DNA from: Trichodelitschia bisporula
Lineage: Eukaryota
DNA: 64,000 nt
Assembly (NCBI GenBank): GCA_010356995.1
Contig: ML996688.1
Coordinates: forward strand, 744,001-808,000
Direction of reading: 5' to 3'
Positions 36,289 through 48,132 of this stretch are shown here, in pieces (position 1 is the stretch's first letter; each line of letters starts with the position of its first letter). Position numbers and translations under genes: made by a program. The notes under the pieces were generated by a model. The model was not told the DNA's origin, ran no database searches, and was given only the letters and a program-made list of their open reading frames with translations.

Positions 36289-37630
36289 CTAGAACCAAGC
36301 CAGCGTCCACAACGCCGGCAAATGCGGCCACCTCTCCTGCCACTCAGCCAGAAGAACCGGCACCCGCTCATCAAAACCAGTCCTGCTCCCCTGATCCCAC
36401 GTCCCAGGATTCTTCTCCCTCTCCTGTCTCGCCGCCTCATTCAACCGTCCCGCCAGATCAAGAATCGCCTTCCCCCCCACCAGTGCCTCCTCGTGATTAT
36501 CCTTAATGTCCACGTTGAACACATGCACAGGACGATTCATCGGCGCGCCCCGCATGAGCAAATCATCCACCACGGCATCCCAACACTTCTCCTCACACGT
36601 GATAACCACATCCACGACGCCCGCCTCGGTACCCTGCGAACCGCTATCCGCCTTAAACCGCTCGGACACGCGCGGCGTCCCGACTTTCCAGTCTTGCCAT
36701 CGCTCGGGGCCAAATTTGACGTTGCGGTTGCGGTCGAGCATGGGGAGCAGCCCGTTGGCGCGGTACAGGCGTGGATCTTTGGTCGCGAGTTCGGTGTAGA
36801 TTTGATCGTAGGAGGTTTTGTTGAAGTTGTAGACGTTGGGTTGGGTTATTGAGGGCCCTGGGAGGCGGACGAGGGAGCCGGTGCCGAAGGATATGACGGG
36901 GTAGTTGGCGGAGGCGAGTTGGAGGTGGGCTTCCATGGATCTGATGGGTTAGCGGTGTCATGAGGGAGGGGGATGGGCGTGACATGTTTAAGGGATTGGA
37001 TGAGAGATATGCTTGGGAACGGCTATGCTTGGGGACGTTGGGATGAAGGTCTCGGACAGAGCAGGAGAAGCGAAAGAGGCCAAGGGCCATCCGAGAAAAA
37101 TTGTGGCCGTCCTCTCTGAGCGCCTTCGCGGACGGGGGCGGCCACGACATTTTCTGGTGGCCATTTGGCATCGTGTGGACCATAATTGATTCGTGTATTA
37201 CAGTAATGATGTTATAGGCACAAAGCAAGAGGTTGCGTTTAGCGTAGTCTCTGAGAGCAACGCAGCTACAATCGAGACGTTCAAAGCCGCAAGCGAGCAC
37301 CGACAGCATGGCATAGCTATGCCCTTCTGCATGCTTGACGAGCAGCACCAGCGTTCCACCAAGCATAGTCACAGCCATAGTATATATCGCCTGGGCAGTA
37401 TGTGGGCACGAAGATGCAACATACCGATTGTTGTTACTCGCACAGACCGTGCAGAATTTGAGCTTGTAGTCGTCACCGCTGTTGGACTTGGCCCCAGCGG
37501 ATCCATCGCTCGGAGCTTGAACCTGTTGTGTTGTGGTATCTGGCACTGACTCTGGTGGTGGCGGTGGGGGTGGTGGAGGTGGCGCCGCAGCCCGCGTACG
37601 TGCAAGACGAGGGTCGGCCGGAGCAGCCAT
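36289..37630 (-). CDS. SSU72: RNA polymerase II CTD phosphatase Ssu72
   Basis: Catalytic [13 protein letters not shown] is split by intron 37424-36941. [12 protein letters not shown] and [10 protein letters not shown] also present. Confidence 0.96.
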
Positions 37631-40568
37631 GGCGGAAGGGTGGAGGACTGTGAAGGTCGATGGAAGGCCTGAGGTCGCTATTCAAGCAATACGGCAGTCT
37701 ACAAAGCAACTGTCAGTCTGTACTCAGTCTCGTGGCTAGTAAACAGCTCAAGCGTTTGCATAACAAGCAGTCGATCAGTAGTTGCGTAATATTAAGTATC
37801 CTCATTCCGCAGTAGGACAGCTCCAATAATAAGTTTCATCACGGACAACAGGCGCGTGGGGGACATCAAAAAGAGGCGCACATACCGTTACAATCAGACC
37901 AGGGATAGCAAGCCTTTGAAGTATGATGGCGGAGGATGGTGTGGTTGTGGTGATAGTTGGCGATGGATGGCAGATTTGAGGAACGTCAGTCAGCACCTGT
38001 CGTCGGCATGACAGTAGGCCCGAAGTCACATGAGCGCAAGGTGATGGGCTCGGCGATTTCAGAGTGTCCGTGCGTCCATCTGTCGCTCTGTGTGGCTCAA
38101 ACACGGTGGCGTCAGCTCTGCTGTGGCCACGTCTATTTTTGGCTCTGTCTTGCTGCCTCTCTTACCCGGGCCTCTCACATCTCACCAACGCCCTCCCCCG
38201 CCAAAGCATCTCTCGTCCGAACCGCCGGCCTCCGATTCCCCGCCAGCGCAAAGCACATCGTGTACCGTGCAACGAGGTCAGACTGCTGACGATGGCCGAA
38301 GGCCACAGCGGACGCGGCTCCAAGTCTGTGCTTCGTGGCCCTGCATACTGGACGACAAGGCTGGGTGTTCACGGACCTGGATGAAGGTTGCGGTTGTGGA
38401 AGGGCTCGTGGAAGCTGGAACGTCCACAGAAGACGAGGGAAAGAGTCTGGAGAAATGCGAGTGACCTCCAGACCTGGACACATTGGACGGGGATGTTAGT
38501 TTCTCACGGCGGGAAAAGCCCAGGCTTGACTTGAAACGCGCCCAAGCAATCGGCGTGGAGTCCAGGCGTCCATGTTGCATGCCGAGAACGGATGTACTTT
38601 GATCATGTACCTCCCCCGTCCGAACTGCAATATGTCCAAGGTGGGTTTGATTAGGTTGACACCTCGAAATAGCAAAGATTATAAGTCCGAGCGTTGATCG
38701 TTGATGGGCCCCAGGTTCGTAACATCAATCTGATGCCATGCTGGACCGGTGCGCGGTCTGCCGGTCTGTTTGGCAAAGACAAAGAGTTTCGAGATACTTC
38801 AACGTGTGCTGTACCAGCCCTATCGAGTCTAGTATCCCCATCTGCGGATCGCAGTTTCGGATTGATGTTGGCTTAACTCGACGTTGGAATGAGCAGTCAT
38901 CAACAGATTGCCCAGCATAGACTGGTGACTGTTCAACAAAACGGTATCACTCATCCGGCCGGAGGATGAGCTGGCTGTCAATCACGACGACGATGCAGAT
39001 GGACAGCAAACGGGGTTGATGTTGCATGTCGTCTCGCAGGCCATGGCAGCGAATCGGCTGATGATATGTGGAGAGGGGCGGTCAGGCACAGGATTCGTCG
39101 TGTCGCGTCCTTTCCATAATTAGGGAATCCGTCTCGTAAACCTCGTTCGCCTGCCATCCTAAGCTGAGGAAGAGTGGTGAAGGAGGACAACAGTGGGCAG
39201 GTGGTTTGCTGAAGGCAGCTCAACTTGAGTTTTATGGGCAGCTGTCAGAGCTGAAGGCGGGGGTCGAGGGATGATAACCTCACCGCTTGCTGATCGCATT
39301 CTTGCTGGACATTGGCTCGCTGGTCAGGCAGAGAAGTCGTGATCCAGCCTCCTCTTCAGAGATACGAAAGCAGACGAGCAGCAGGAAAGGCGCAAGATGG
39401 TGTTTGTTGCACGAATGGGATAGGACAGCGCAAAACAACTAAAATTTATCATCATTGCCATCCAGTCGTCCAGCCGTCCATCGGCTCTGCATTCCCCTGC
39501 TCCGCGTCTCTTGTCTCGTAGTTGGTGATCGCTTTCCCCTTCCTCTCTCGATTCTCAAGTCTCCATTCCCCGCCTCCCCTCCCCTCTCCCCCCTCCCGAA
39601 CTGATCTATCACTCCCGCTTCTCACCCCTCAACATCAACCCCACCCACAACATTCCCCGCACGCCTTGTCGTATTTCCCACGGACCACATCTTCCCCTCT
39701 ATATCTCCAGTCAACAACCACAACATCTTCTCCATTATCAGCCTCCCATTAGATACCTTAGGCTCTGTTCTCTTTACCATCCCCTCCCCCCCTCCTCTTA
39801 GCGCCGAGCCCTCAGACCCTTGCCTTCCGCCCGCCAACCAGCTCCGCCATCCCGACTCCCGAACTCTCTCTCACAAACCTCTCGCCTCCTCCCTCCAAAT
39901 CCAACACCTCTCACTGTCTCCCGTCTCGGGTCGCTACTCGCTCCAGCTGGAGCCGCGACCTTACTACACCCGCCTTGAGCCTCTCCCAGCCTCAGCCTCC
40001 CCCCCCCCCCCCCCCCCGAACCGCTCGAGTCAGCCCCCCTCTCCCCGTTACGTTGTGCCTGCATCTATTCACAGCCGCAAGCTGCCTTCCCTCTACGCAC
40101 ACCCAACCCACCTACCCACAGACAACCCCCCCTGGAAGCGATCACAGCCCAGCCAGCCTCCAGGCTACGAGCACAACTTACCGCTCAGATACCCGCTGGA
40201 ATCGCATCTCGTCGGCACTCGGCGCAAACACAGCCAGGCGCCAATACTCTCGTCGTGCAGGTGAGCGCGGCAAAAACGCTGCGCTTGCGTATCCCTTGAC
40301 CACGGTTGGCGCTTTACCCCATCTTTGCGCCAAACTATTGTCTTCGAGCATCGTGGCCGTTTTGAGTCTTCAAATTTCCTCACTGCGACTCCGAGCTCCG
40401 CCTCAACCACGTCTCGATTTCCTAGTCTTGCTGGCTGCCGCATGAACATCGGGTTGCCGCTCTTCGGTATCGTCTCGTCTCATCTCTTCCGTTGCGCCGC
40501 AGCGTCGGAAGGCATCCCACAACTGTTAGCTGCGGTCCGAACATTGTGTTTCGGACAGAGAATAACAG

Positions 40569-42164
40569 ATGGTAGAGCTGACAATGGCCGCGGTGCTGTC
40601 GCCACAAATGGCATCTCAGACGTCGCCAACCGTCGCATCCCCGCTCACAGCGGCTTCCCCGAACCCCAATCTCGCCGCACTACCTCCGCTCGTCACCTCT
40701 CCCGCGCTGCGATCGCAAAGTCTCCAGCGCACCGTGTACTCGAAGCACCGTCTATCGACCTTTTCGATGATGTCGAATGCCTCCGGCGCGCGGGGTAACT
40801 CGCGCTCACGGCCGCAGTCCATGGCCTTTCCGCATTTCCACTCAAGTCTGCCGTACACCCTCGTACGCGACTTTGCCTATCAGCCTTCCCACCCATGCCA
40901 TTACGGCCCGCCACCCGAGCAATCGGGCGTATCCACTCCGCAAAGCGAAGTACACCGCCGGTTATCAGATCCCGTGCCGAACTGGGACTCGAGGGGGTGG
41001 AGCGCGACTTCCTGGTCGGCCGGGGAGCACCTGCCAACGACGTCATTTGGCGACCACGACGGACCGCCCTGGAGCGAGGACGACGATCTGCAAAGCCCAG
41101 TAGTGACCAGCGCCCGTCACCGTAAAAACAAATCTAACGTCGTTGGATTCGACCAGCGCGGGCGCCCTCGAGACCGCCGGGACAACCCGCGGCGCGGCGC
41201 CTACACCGGCACAAACGGCGATGGCAGCCAGACGTACTACATCAGCGAACTGGATGAATCGGTCAACAGCCCCGGCGGCGAGTTCATCACCTACCCCCCC
41301 GCAACCGACTCCTCCCTCTCCGCGCCATCCAACGCAAACCGGCGCGACTCGCATTTCGCAACCACGCTCCCCAACCGGTCCTACACCGGCGTCACCTTCG
41401 AGGAAGAAACCTCCTCCCCTGGCTCAGCGCAAGACGATGACGATGATGATGCTTTCGAGGTGGACGAGAGCCGCTACAGCCGCGACTACCAATTCACAAT
41501 AGCGAGTCCGGACGAGGAAATGCACGGGCGCGCCGTCGCACTGTTTGACTTTGCGCGCGAAAATGAGAACGAGCTCCCGCTTAGCGAGGGTCAGGTTATT
41601 CTCGTGAGCTACCGCCATGGCCAGGGGTGGCTCGTCGCGCAGGACCCGAAGACGGGCGAGTCCGGCCTAGTCCCGGAGGAATATGTCCGGCTGTTGCGCG
41701 ACATTGAGGGCGGGTGGCAGAGCATTGTCAATGGCGAGACCGGGGTTGGGAGCTTGGATGCGGGTACGGGCGAGGCGCGCACGCCTACACAGGCGGATGT
41801 GGAGAAGGGGACGCCCGGTGGGCATCAGAAGACGCTGAGCATGGGTGGTGGTGGTGGTGGTGGTGGTGGTGGTGGTGGAGATGGGGAGTATTATGCGCCG
41901 GTTGTGAGCACGTTTTCGACTACGAGGGAGGATTTGGAAAAGTGGCCGCATCATTTGAGGGGGGGGCAAGTGCTTACGCCGGTTGTAGGGCCGGGGGAAA
42001 GGGGGGGTGAGGGGTTGGGTGGGGAGAAAGAGGAGGACAGACCCCGCACGGCGGTGCCAGATGCGAAGAAGGATGAGAAGAAGGCTGATGCTGTCGCTGT
42101 TAAGGAGACGGGCTCGCAGGCTGTGACACCTACGGGTGTGGTCAGCGAGAAGCCGATTTCCTAA
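40569..42164 (+). CDS. NBP2: SH3 adaptor Nbp2 (HOG pathway)
   Basis: SH3 domain AVALFDFARENENELPLSEGQVILVSYRHGQGWLVA...GLVPEEYV and N-terminal VRDFAY motif. Confidence 0.88.
   Translation: MVELTMAAVLSPQMASQTSPTVASPLTAASPNPNLAALPPLVTSPALRSQSLQRTVYSKHRLSTFSMMSNASGARGNSRSRPQSMAFPHFHSSLPYTLVRDFAYQPSHPCHYGPPPEQSGVSTPQSEVHRRLSDPVPNWDSRGWSATSWSAGEHLPTTSFGDHDGPPWSEDDDLQSPVVTSARHRKNKSNVVGFDQRGRPRDRRDNPRRGAYTGTNGDGSQTYYISELDESVNSPGGEFITYPPATDSSLSAPSNANRRDSHFATTLPNRSYTGVTFEEETSSPGSAQDDDDDDAFEVDESRYSRDYQFTIASPDEEMHGRAVALFDFARENENELPLSEGQVILVSYRHGQGWLVAQDPKTGESGLVPEEYVRLLRDIEGGWQSIVNGETGVGSLDAGTGEARTPTQADVEKGTPGGHQKTLSMGGGGGGGGGGGGDGEYYAPVVSTFSTTREDLEKWPHHLRGGQVLTPVVGPGERGGEGLGGEKEEDRPRTAVPDAKKDEKKADAVAVKETGSQAVTPTGVVSEKPIS
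41844..41876 (+). repeat. (GGT)11 coding microsatellite (poly-Gly)
   Basis: Perfect trinucleotide run inside NBP2. Confidence 0.95.
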
Positions 42165-42958
42165 CGCGAGTGCGGCGGATGTTGGATCCCCGGCCCTGTC
42201 TTTGGACCAGCGCTGGATTCTGCTGTATACAGCCGCTCCGACTGCCGGCTGTAGAGCGTCGTCGTGAGGCACACGCTCTCCCCTTACCGCTCCGCGCGCG
42301 AAGCGTGGATCGGGACTCCCGTCCCCAGCGGCGCGGGAGCAGGCAGGCAGGCGGTCGGTCAGCAGTCTTTTGGATCGACTACAGGTCTTCTTCCGTGTGT
42401 TTGGTGTTTCTGTTTTGGATTTTGCATGGCGCGTGGGGCATGGTGGGAGCGCTTGGTGGCTAGCGTTTGGGTTCGGCCGGCGGGCGGTGGTGGATCGCGG
42501 TTTTGCTGGTGCATTGGTTGGCTGGGGGGGGGGGGGGGGGGGGGGCATTGGTGGAGCGTTGTGTCTTTAGAGATGGTAGTAATAGAAGGGATGTGGAAGA
42601 TGTACAGTGTTGCGCGTGAGACCTGATACTGCAAAGTGATGTTATGTCCAGCTCTCCGCCGTTGCTATCTAGACTAGATCTAGCACCTCGGAGTACAGCC
42701 TTGGGAAAGTATGTCTACGATTTCAGTCATCTCCTGCTGTAGCTTGACCGCATATCTCGCCGTCAAATCGTCAATCCACCGGGTATCGTATCATCCTCAC
42801 CACCAGCCTTCTTGGCATCCACCCATCTCACGCTCTCCCACCACCGAACCATCCCACGAAAAACGCCCATCACCATCGAACCTCCTCCCCAAAAAAAAAA
42901 ACACCATACGCCCATCCGCCGTCATCTAGACAGCAATGCAACTCCCTCCCACAAGCAC

Positions 42959-45925
42959 CTACATGATCATACAGTCATCCCCATTCTTCCGATCACTCCT
43001 CGAATGCCTCTCCCTCCCACGCATAACACTCCTCCCCCCCCTCTTCAACTCCTCCAACCGCTCCTGCGCCTTCGGATACCCATGCGCTACGCACCCGTTA
43101 GCCATCATCCCACACCCACAACCCCCCAAAAAGGGATCACCCCAAGGGGAATACTCACTAGCCGCCCGCCCATACCACCTCATCGCATCCTCCACATCCG
43201 CCGGACACCCAATCCCCCCCTCACTAAAATACCCCATCGCAAACTCCGCCTTGGGCAACTCACTCATCGCCGCCCGCCGCGCCCAAAGATACGCCTCCGC
43301 ATCGCTCTGCTCCAGTATCCCCGCCGCACCCGTGAGATACCACCCGGCCAGGGCTAACTCCGCTTCGTGATCCCGCTGCGCCGCGGCTTTGGTGTACCAG
43401 TAGATGCTGAGCCGGTTATCCACTGGACACCCAATCTCGCCGTACTCGTACGCCCGGCCCAGACGTGCTTGGGATAAGCGGTATTTCCACCCCGCGGCCT
43501 TGGTGTACAACTCGCGGGCATACCCTTCGTCGCGAATCAGTCTCCCCCCCGGCGGCGCATTCTCGTACAAACACGCCAACTCGTGCAACGCATGCGGATT
43601 ATCAGCATCAGCCTGTTGCGCCGCGCGCTGCAGCCAGGACACCGCCTCGCCCACGCTCGCCGGCTGCCCGAGATGGCCCTTCAGCGAAATCATGCCGAGT
43701 TTGTACATTGCGCCGACCTCACCCAGGTGCGCCGCGCGGCGGTACCACTGCACCGCCTTAAGCGGATCCCTCCTCGTACCCCCTCCATTCTCAGACCCCA
43801 TTTCACAGCACACAGCGGTGCGGTACGCACTCGGCCCATGCCCCAACTTCGCAGCCGACTGATACAGCGCAAACGCCTCCTTCGCGTCCTCCGCCAGACC
43901 CAGCCCCCCCGTCCCATAGCAGTCTGCAAGATAAAAAATAGCCTCAGGGTAGTTGTGCCCAACAAGCTTCTTAACATGCCGATGCGCCTCAAAGATAAAC
44001 TGCTCTCGCGCCTTCGTCCGCGCGCGCACATCCCCGCTCTCATCCACTAGCACGCGCGACGCCTCGACTAGCTTCTTCGCCAGCGCGAGTTCGAGCGCGT
44101 GATCGTCCGGACGCTCCTTCAGCTCGGCGCGCAGGCGGTGTAACTCGTTGTGCGACACAGGCGCGGATTTGCGCTTCTCTTCAAACGATGACACGGACCC
44201 GTTGTTCGGCGGCAGGCTCGCGTTCACCTCTCCATATCCACGCGACGGCTTCGCTGACTCCTGCATCAGTCCAGGCCGAACAGGCGTTGGATGCGCGGGC
44301 AGCGCGTCCGGATTAGCGCCGGGCACCGGCGCACCAGGCGGCGGTGCACCACGACCCGCCTGAGCGCGCATCGGTCCAGGATCGGAATACCCGGGTTCAC
44401 CAGCACGGGACATAGGCGGCGCACCAGGGCGATGGAATTTGTGCGCGGTAGGGGAGTGCATAGGTCCAGGCATTACATTAGGACCAGGCGGACCACGAAG
44501 CGAACCGGGCACAAGGGGCGGGGCCTTGGGCATAGCGGGCGCACCGGGAGGTGCACCGTAGTATGGCGCCGGAGGACCGCCGCGGAGATCGGGCTGGGAC
44601 TTTGCGCCGCGGACTTGCTGGCCCGGACCCGGACCCGAGCCGAAAGGCGGATCGGTGTCGCTGCGGGTCGGTGGGCGCGGAATACCGGAGCCTACGTCCA
44701 GCGGTAGACCGATGTGGTCGACGACGGGCGGGGCGCTGGTGGGTGCTGCGTCGAAGTTCGGCATGTACTCATCCAGATTAGAGGCAGGCGGAGCAGGGTT
44801 GTACATGCGGGGCGCAGCAGAAGAGGGCCCGACAACAGGAGCCACGCCGGTCTGCAAACGCGGAGGTGCGGGACCGCGAAACTGGCCGGGACCGGGACCG
44901 TAGGCACCGTTCGGCGGAGGACGCGAACCCATACTCGACTGCGAGCGCGGCGGCATGGCGTGCATGTCGTCGCGTGTGCCGAGGGTAGTGTACGAGCGCT
45001 GCTCGATGGGGTCGCGGCGGCCGGACGGAGGGAACGGATCACCACCACCGCGCTGCCAGCCTTGATCCGCCTCGTTCGGCATCGTCATGGCGCGCGAGGG
45101 CGGACCGCGGGGATCGAACGGCTGACGACCTTCAAAGTGCTGTGGCGGTCCACGCGCGTACGGGTCCTGCGGCGGGGGGCGAGCGAAGCTGCGCGGGTCG
45201 ACGCCGTAGTCAGGGCCGTTCGACTTGCTGCTCGTGCGGCTGTTGGCGGTGCCTGGGCGCTGGGCGTCGTAGCTCGGCCGCCCGTTGAGGTCCATGCCGC
45301 CCATGCCGCGCTCGAGAGTTTCGGTTTCGGATTGGCGGGTGCGGGCGCCGGGGGTGTTCATCTGCGGAAAGGGGTTGTCGCCCATGGGCTTGGGAGGACC
45401 TGGCGGACCAACTATGTGCGTAAGTGAGCGCTTGCGTGCCTGGGCGGGATACATACCGGGACGCTGGCGCGGAGGACCGTTGGGCCCGGGGCCGTAGTAG
45501 CCGTTCGGGTCACGAATCGGGCCAGGACCGTAGCCTTGCTGGTAGCCGTTCTGTCCTGCAGCCGAGGGACGGGGCGGACGACCAGGCGCAGGACCGTAGC
45601 CGCCACGGGGTGGACCGCCGTTGAAGCCGCCGCGGGGAGGACCCGGTGGACCACGCTGGCTGTACTGGTCGTTGTAGCGAGGATCGTTGTTCTGGTATTG
45701 CTGGTCATCGCCGGACCCGGCGTACTGGTCCCAGAAGCCGTCTATGTCATAGCCGACGTAGCTCTCATGGCCCGGATGACCATAATGCGGTTCTTGATTG
45801 TAGGATTGCTGATCGTAGTGCCGCTGAGGAGGAGGACGGTTCTGCATCGGGGGCATCTGCTGTTGCGACTGCTGTGGAGGGTAGTTGCGCGGCGGCTGCT
45901 GGTAGGGACCTTGATTGTAGGCCAT
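42959..45925 (-). CDS. CHS4: Chitin synthase activator Chs4/Skt5 family (Sel1 repeats)
   Basis: Pro/Gly-rich N-terminus, multiple Sel1 repeats (AFALYQSAAKLGH, AVQWYRRAA, SIYWYTKAA) and C-terminal CAAX motif CMIM. Introns 45456-45412 and 43158-43087. Confidence 0.9.
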   Translation of the reverse strand: MAYNQGPYQQPPRNYPPQQSQQQMPPMQNRPPPQRHYDQQSYNQEPHYGHPGHESYVGYDIDGFWDQYAGSGDDQQYQNNDPRYNDQYSQRGPPGPPRGGFNGGPPRGGYGPAPGRPPRPSAAGQNGYQQGYGPGPIRDPNGYYGPGPNGPPRQRPGMYPAQARKRSLTHIVGPPGPPKPMGDNPFPQMNTPGARTRQSETETLERGMGGMDLNGRPSYDAQRPGTANSRTSSKSNGPDYGVDPRSFARPPPQDPYARGPPQHFEGRQPFDPRGPPSRAMTMPNEADQGWQRGGGDPFPPSGRRDPIEQRSYTTLGTRDDMHAMPPRSQSSMGSRPPPNGAYGPGPGQFRGPAPPRLQTGVAPVVGPSSAAPRMYNPAPPASNLDEYMPNFDAAPTSAPPVVDHIGLPLDVGSGIPRPPTRSDTDPPFGSGPGPGQQVRGAKSQPDLRGGPPAPYYGAPPGAPAMPKAPPLVPGSLRGPPGPNVMPGPMHSPTAHKFHRPGAPPMSRAGEPGYSDPGPMRAQAGRGAPPPGAPVPGANPDALPAHPTPVRPGLMQESAKPSRGYGEVNASLPPNNGSVSSFEEKRKSAPVSHNELHRLRAELKERPDDHALELALAKKLVEASRVLVDESGDVRARTKAREQFIFEAHRHVKKLVGHNYPEAIFYLADCYGTGGLGLAEDAKEAFALYQSAAKLGHGPSAYRTAVCCEMGSENGGGTRRDPLKAVQWYRRAAHLGEVGAMYKLGMISLKGHLGQPASVGEAVSWLQRAAQQADADNPHALHELACLYENAPPGGRLIRDEGYARELYTKAAGWKYRLSQARLGRAYEYGEIGCPVDNRLSIYWYTKAAAQRDHEAELALAGWYLTGAAGILEQSDAEAYLWARRAAMSELPKAEFAMGYFSEGGIGCPADVEDAMRWYGRAASEYSPWGDPFLGGCGCGMMANGCVAHGYPKAQERLEELKRGGRSVMRGRERHSRSDRKNGDDCMIM

Positions 45926-48132
45926 GGCTGCTTGCCGCGATGGCGAGCAAGCGGAGAGCGCACAAGGCTGTCAATGAAGAAGATGGCGGCTTCGCTGGCG
46001 GGAGGTTAACGCCATGCACTGGAGGTCTAGAGGGAGCGGCGCATGACCCGGAAGAGGACGAAGAGAGGGTGAAGATGCTGAGGCCACTGGAGAGCACAAA
46101 CACGAAATCAGGAACAGCCAAGTGGAGTGGCAGCGCTGCGCACCTCGCTAATTCGCACCTGGGAGAGCCTGACACAGCTACCGGCGCAGCTACAAAGAGC
46201 GATGTTGCGGAGAAAGTGGTGGTTGTGCGGGCGCAGGAAGGTGGGGACGTTTCAGGGTGGTGGGTGCGTTCTCAGTAAATAGTGCAGCAGAACGCCGACC
46301 ACCTCCGGCCAAAGATGATAGCGGGTTTGAAGGCTGTGGACGAATAAACAATGACTGACGATGGTGGGTTGATCGGGCTGATCGGGTTGTCGGTGGATAT
46401 GAATGCGCGATGGTGAGTGAAGTAGAAGGAGAGTTGGAGAAAAGCGAACGAGGACGGGGGACAAGTGAAGGGCGGCCACACTTTGGCGGTTCACACGCCT
46501 TCGTCTGCTCGAGGCGCCAGTACGCCGTTGGCAAAAAAACGGTGCTCGTGACTCGGGAACGGTTGGCTTGTCTTGTGGTGGGAGGGAAAAGGAGATGAGA
46601 TGAGATGAGGTGGACAAGGTCTGTCGACGACTCGTCTTGACGAGAGAGAGAGCGACCACACGAACAACAGTAGCACCAACAAACACAACACAACAGAGAA
46701 GCAGACACCACGATTTAATCAAGTCTTGTGGCCAACTGCTACAACGAGGCAAGTGATTACCGGTGTAATAGCCAGGGCAAGGTGCGTAGAGTAACAATAA
46801 AGACTGGCATTGGTTCGGTGGTCTTTGTTCTCCCTTGGAGAGCAATATGGCTATACAGTTATGGTAGGCCTTGATATTGAGCTGACTTCGTCCTCGCCTC
46901 TAACGCGTCTTCTGCGCACTTTGCCATTTGTCGCCATGTGCTGCCCAACGCGTATCATCCTTGCCGAGCATCAGGGGCAACAGGCGGGCCGTTGGAGATG
47001 CACGGCATGAAGCCATAGGCGCGCGCAAGCCACTGCTGCGCACACCACCAGAGTCCTGGATCTTGGATGCAGCATGTGGCAATGCTTCTTTGACTGTGCG
47101 ATGCTTCTCTAACTGTGCAACATTATCCTTGGATTTCCGCTTTCTCTCGCGCTCTCCTCTGATGGCCTCGATGTTCTTCACAGTCGGAGTGCTGTGCCAT
47201 CTCACTGGCAAATAGCGGCTGGGCCTCCTTGGTGTTGTCCTCGCCTCCATTCCAGGCATTCTTCGCCCCCCAAGCATAGGCATCCCTTCCAGCTCTCTCC
47301 TCCATCGCTGTCCAACCCACTTACTGCTCGTAAGTGGCTGAGCAGGGACACGGCAAACCATAAGGCTAGAATCGAAGGCCAGGCCGGGCTCTTCGTGCCC
47401 ACTCGGAGGACCAGCCGAAACAGCCCGACATTCGAGTAATACCCGTTTCAATCCAGCAGTGGTGGTCGAGTTAAAATCCACGCCTGGTCGGCCATCTGCA
47501 GATTCCGAGACTCGGAGACGGAAAGCTTGTGGCACCGGGAGTAGACGAATCGAATGGACTCTGTTCCCCAAGTCGCATCGGCCTCGCAGAATCAGCCTTG
47601 ACCAGAGATATCATTAAGCTTCCAGCCGCCGCATTCTGGAAACATTTTGAATCGTGTAGGCAAGGCGTCGGGTAGGGCGAGTACCGGATGTTTGCAGTGG
47701 CGGAGAGTGAAGCTGTGGAGATGAGATGGGAGGCCTTCAAGCACTACTTGAAGCAAGTGACGTCGAAGAGGGGATAAAAAGCAATACCGTCTTTATGCAC
47801 AGCTCAGCCTCAGATGTGTAGAGCGTACAGACATTTTATACAGTGAGTAGAGACGTAGTGCAGAGCGATGCAAGCGATGCAAGTGACGTACCCCGCTTTC
47901 TCACCAAAGAAAGCCCCGGATGCCTTGTCGCCTTACCAATATCAACCACCGGTGACCCAATTCCAACACCACCTCTTACCTTCATCGACAAACACCACCA
48001 CCGCCACCATCACCACCACCACCACCACCACCTTTCCTCCCATCTTCCCTCCTTCCCTCACCACATCTTTCCTCCTTCCCTCACCACATCTTTCCCTTCT
48101 GCTTACAGTCCAACTTGAGCACCGCCAGAACC

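Noticed and set aside
37800..39500. Short ORFs between SSU72 and NBP2
   Set aside because: No domain, splice pattern or codon bias supporting a gene.
47994..48031. (CAC)n tract giving poly-His or poly-Thr ORFs
   Set aside because: Simple microsatellite upstream of RQT4, outside any supported CDS.
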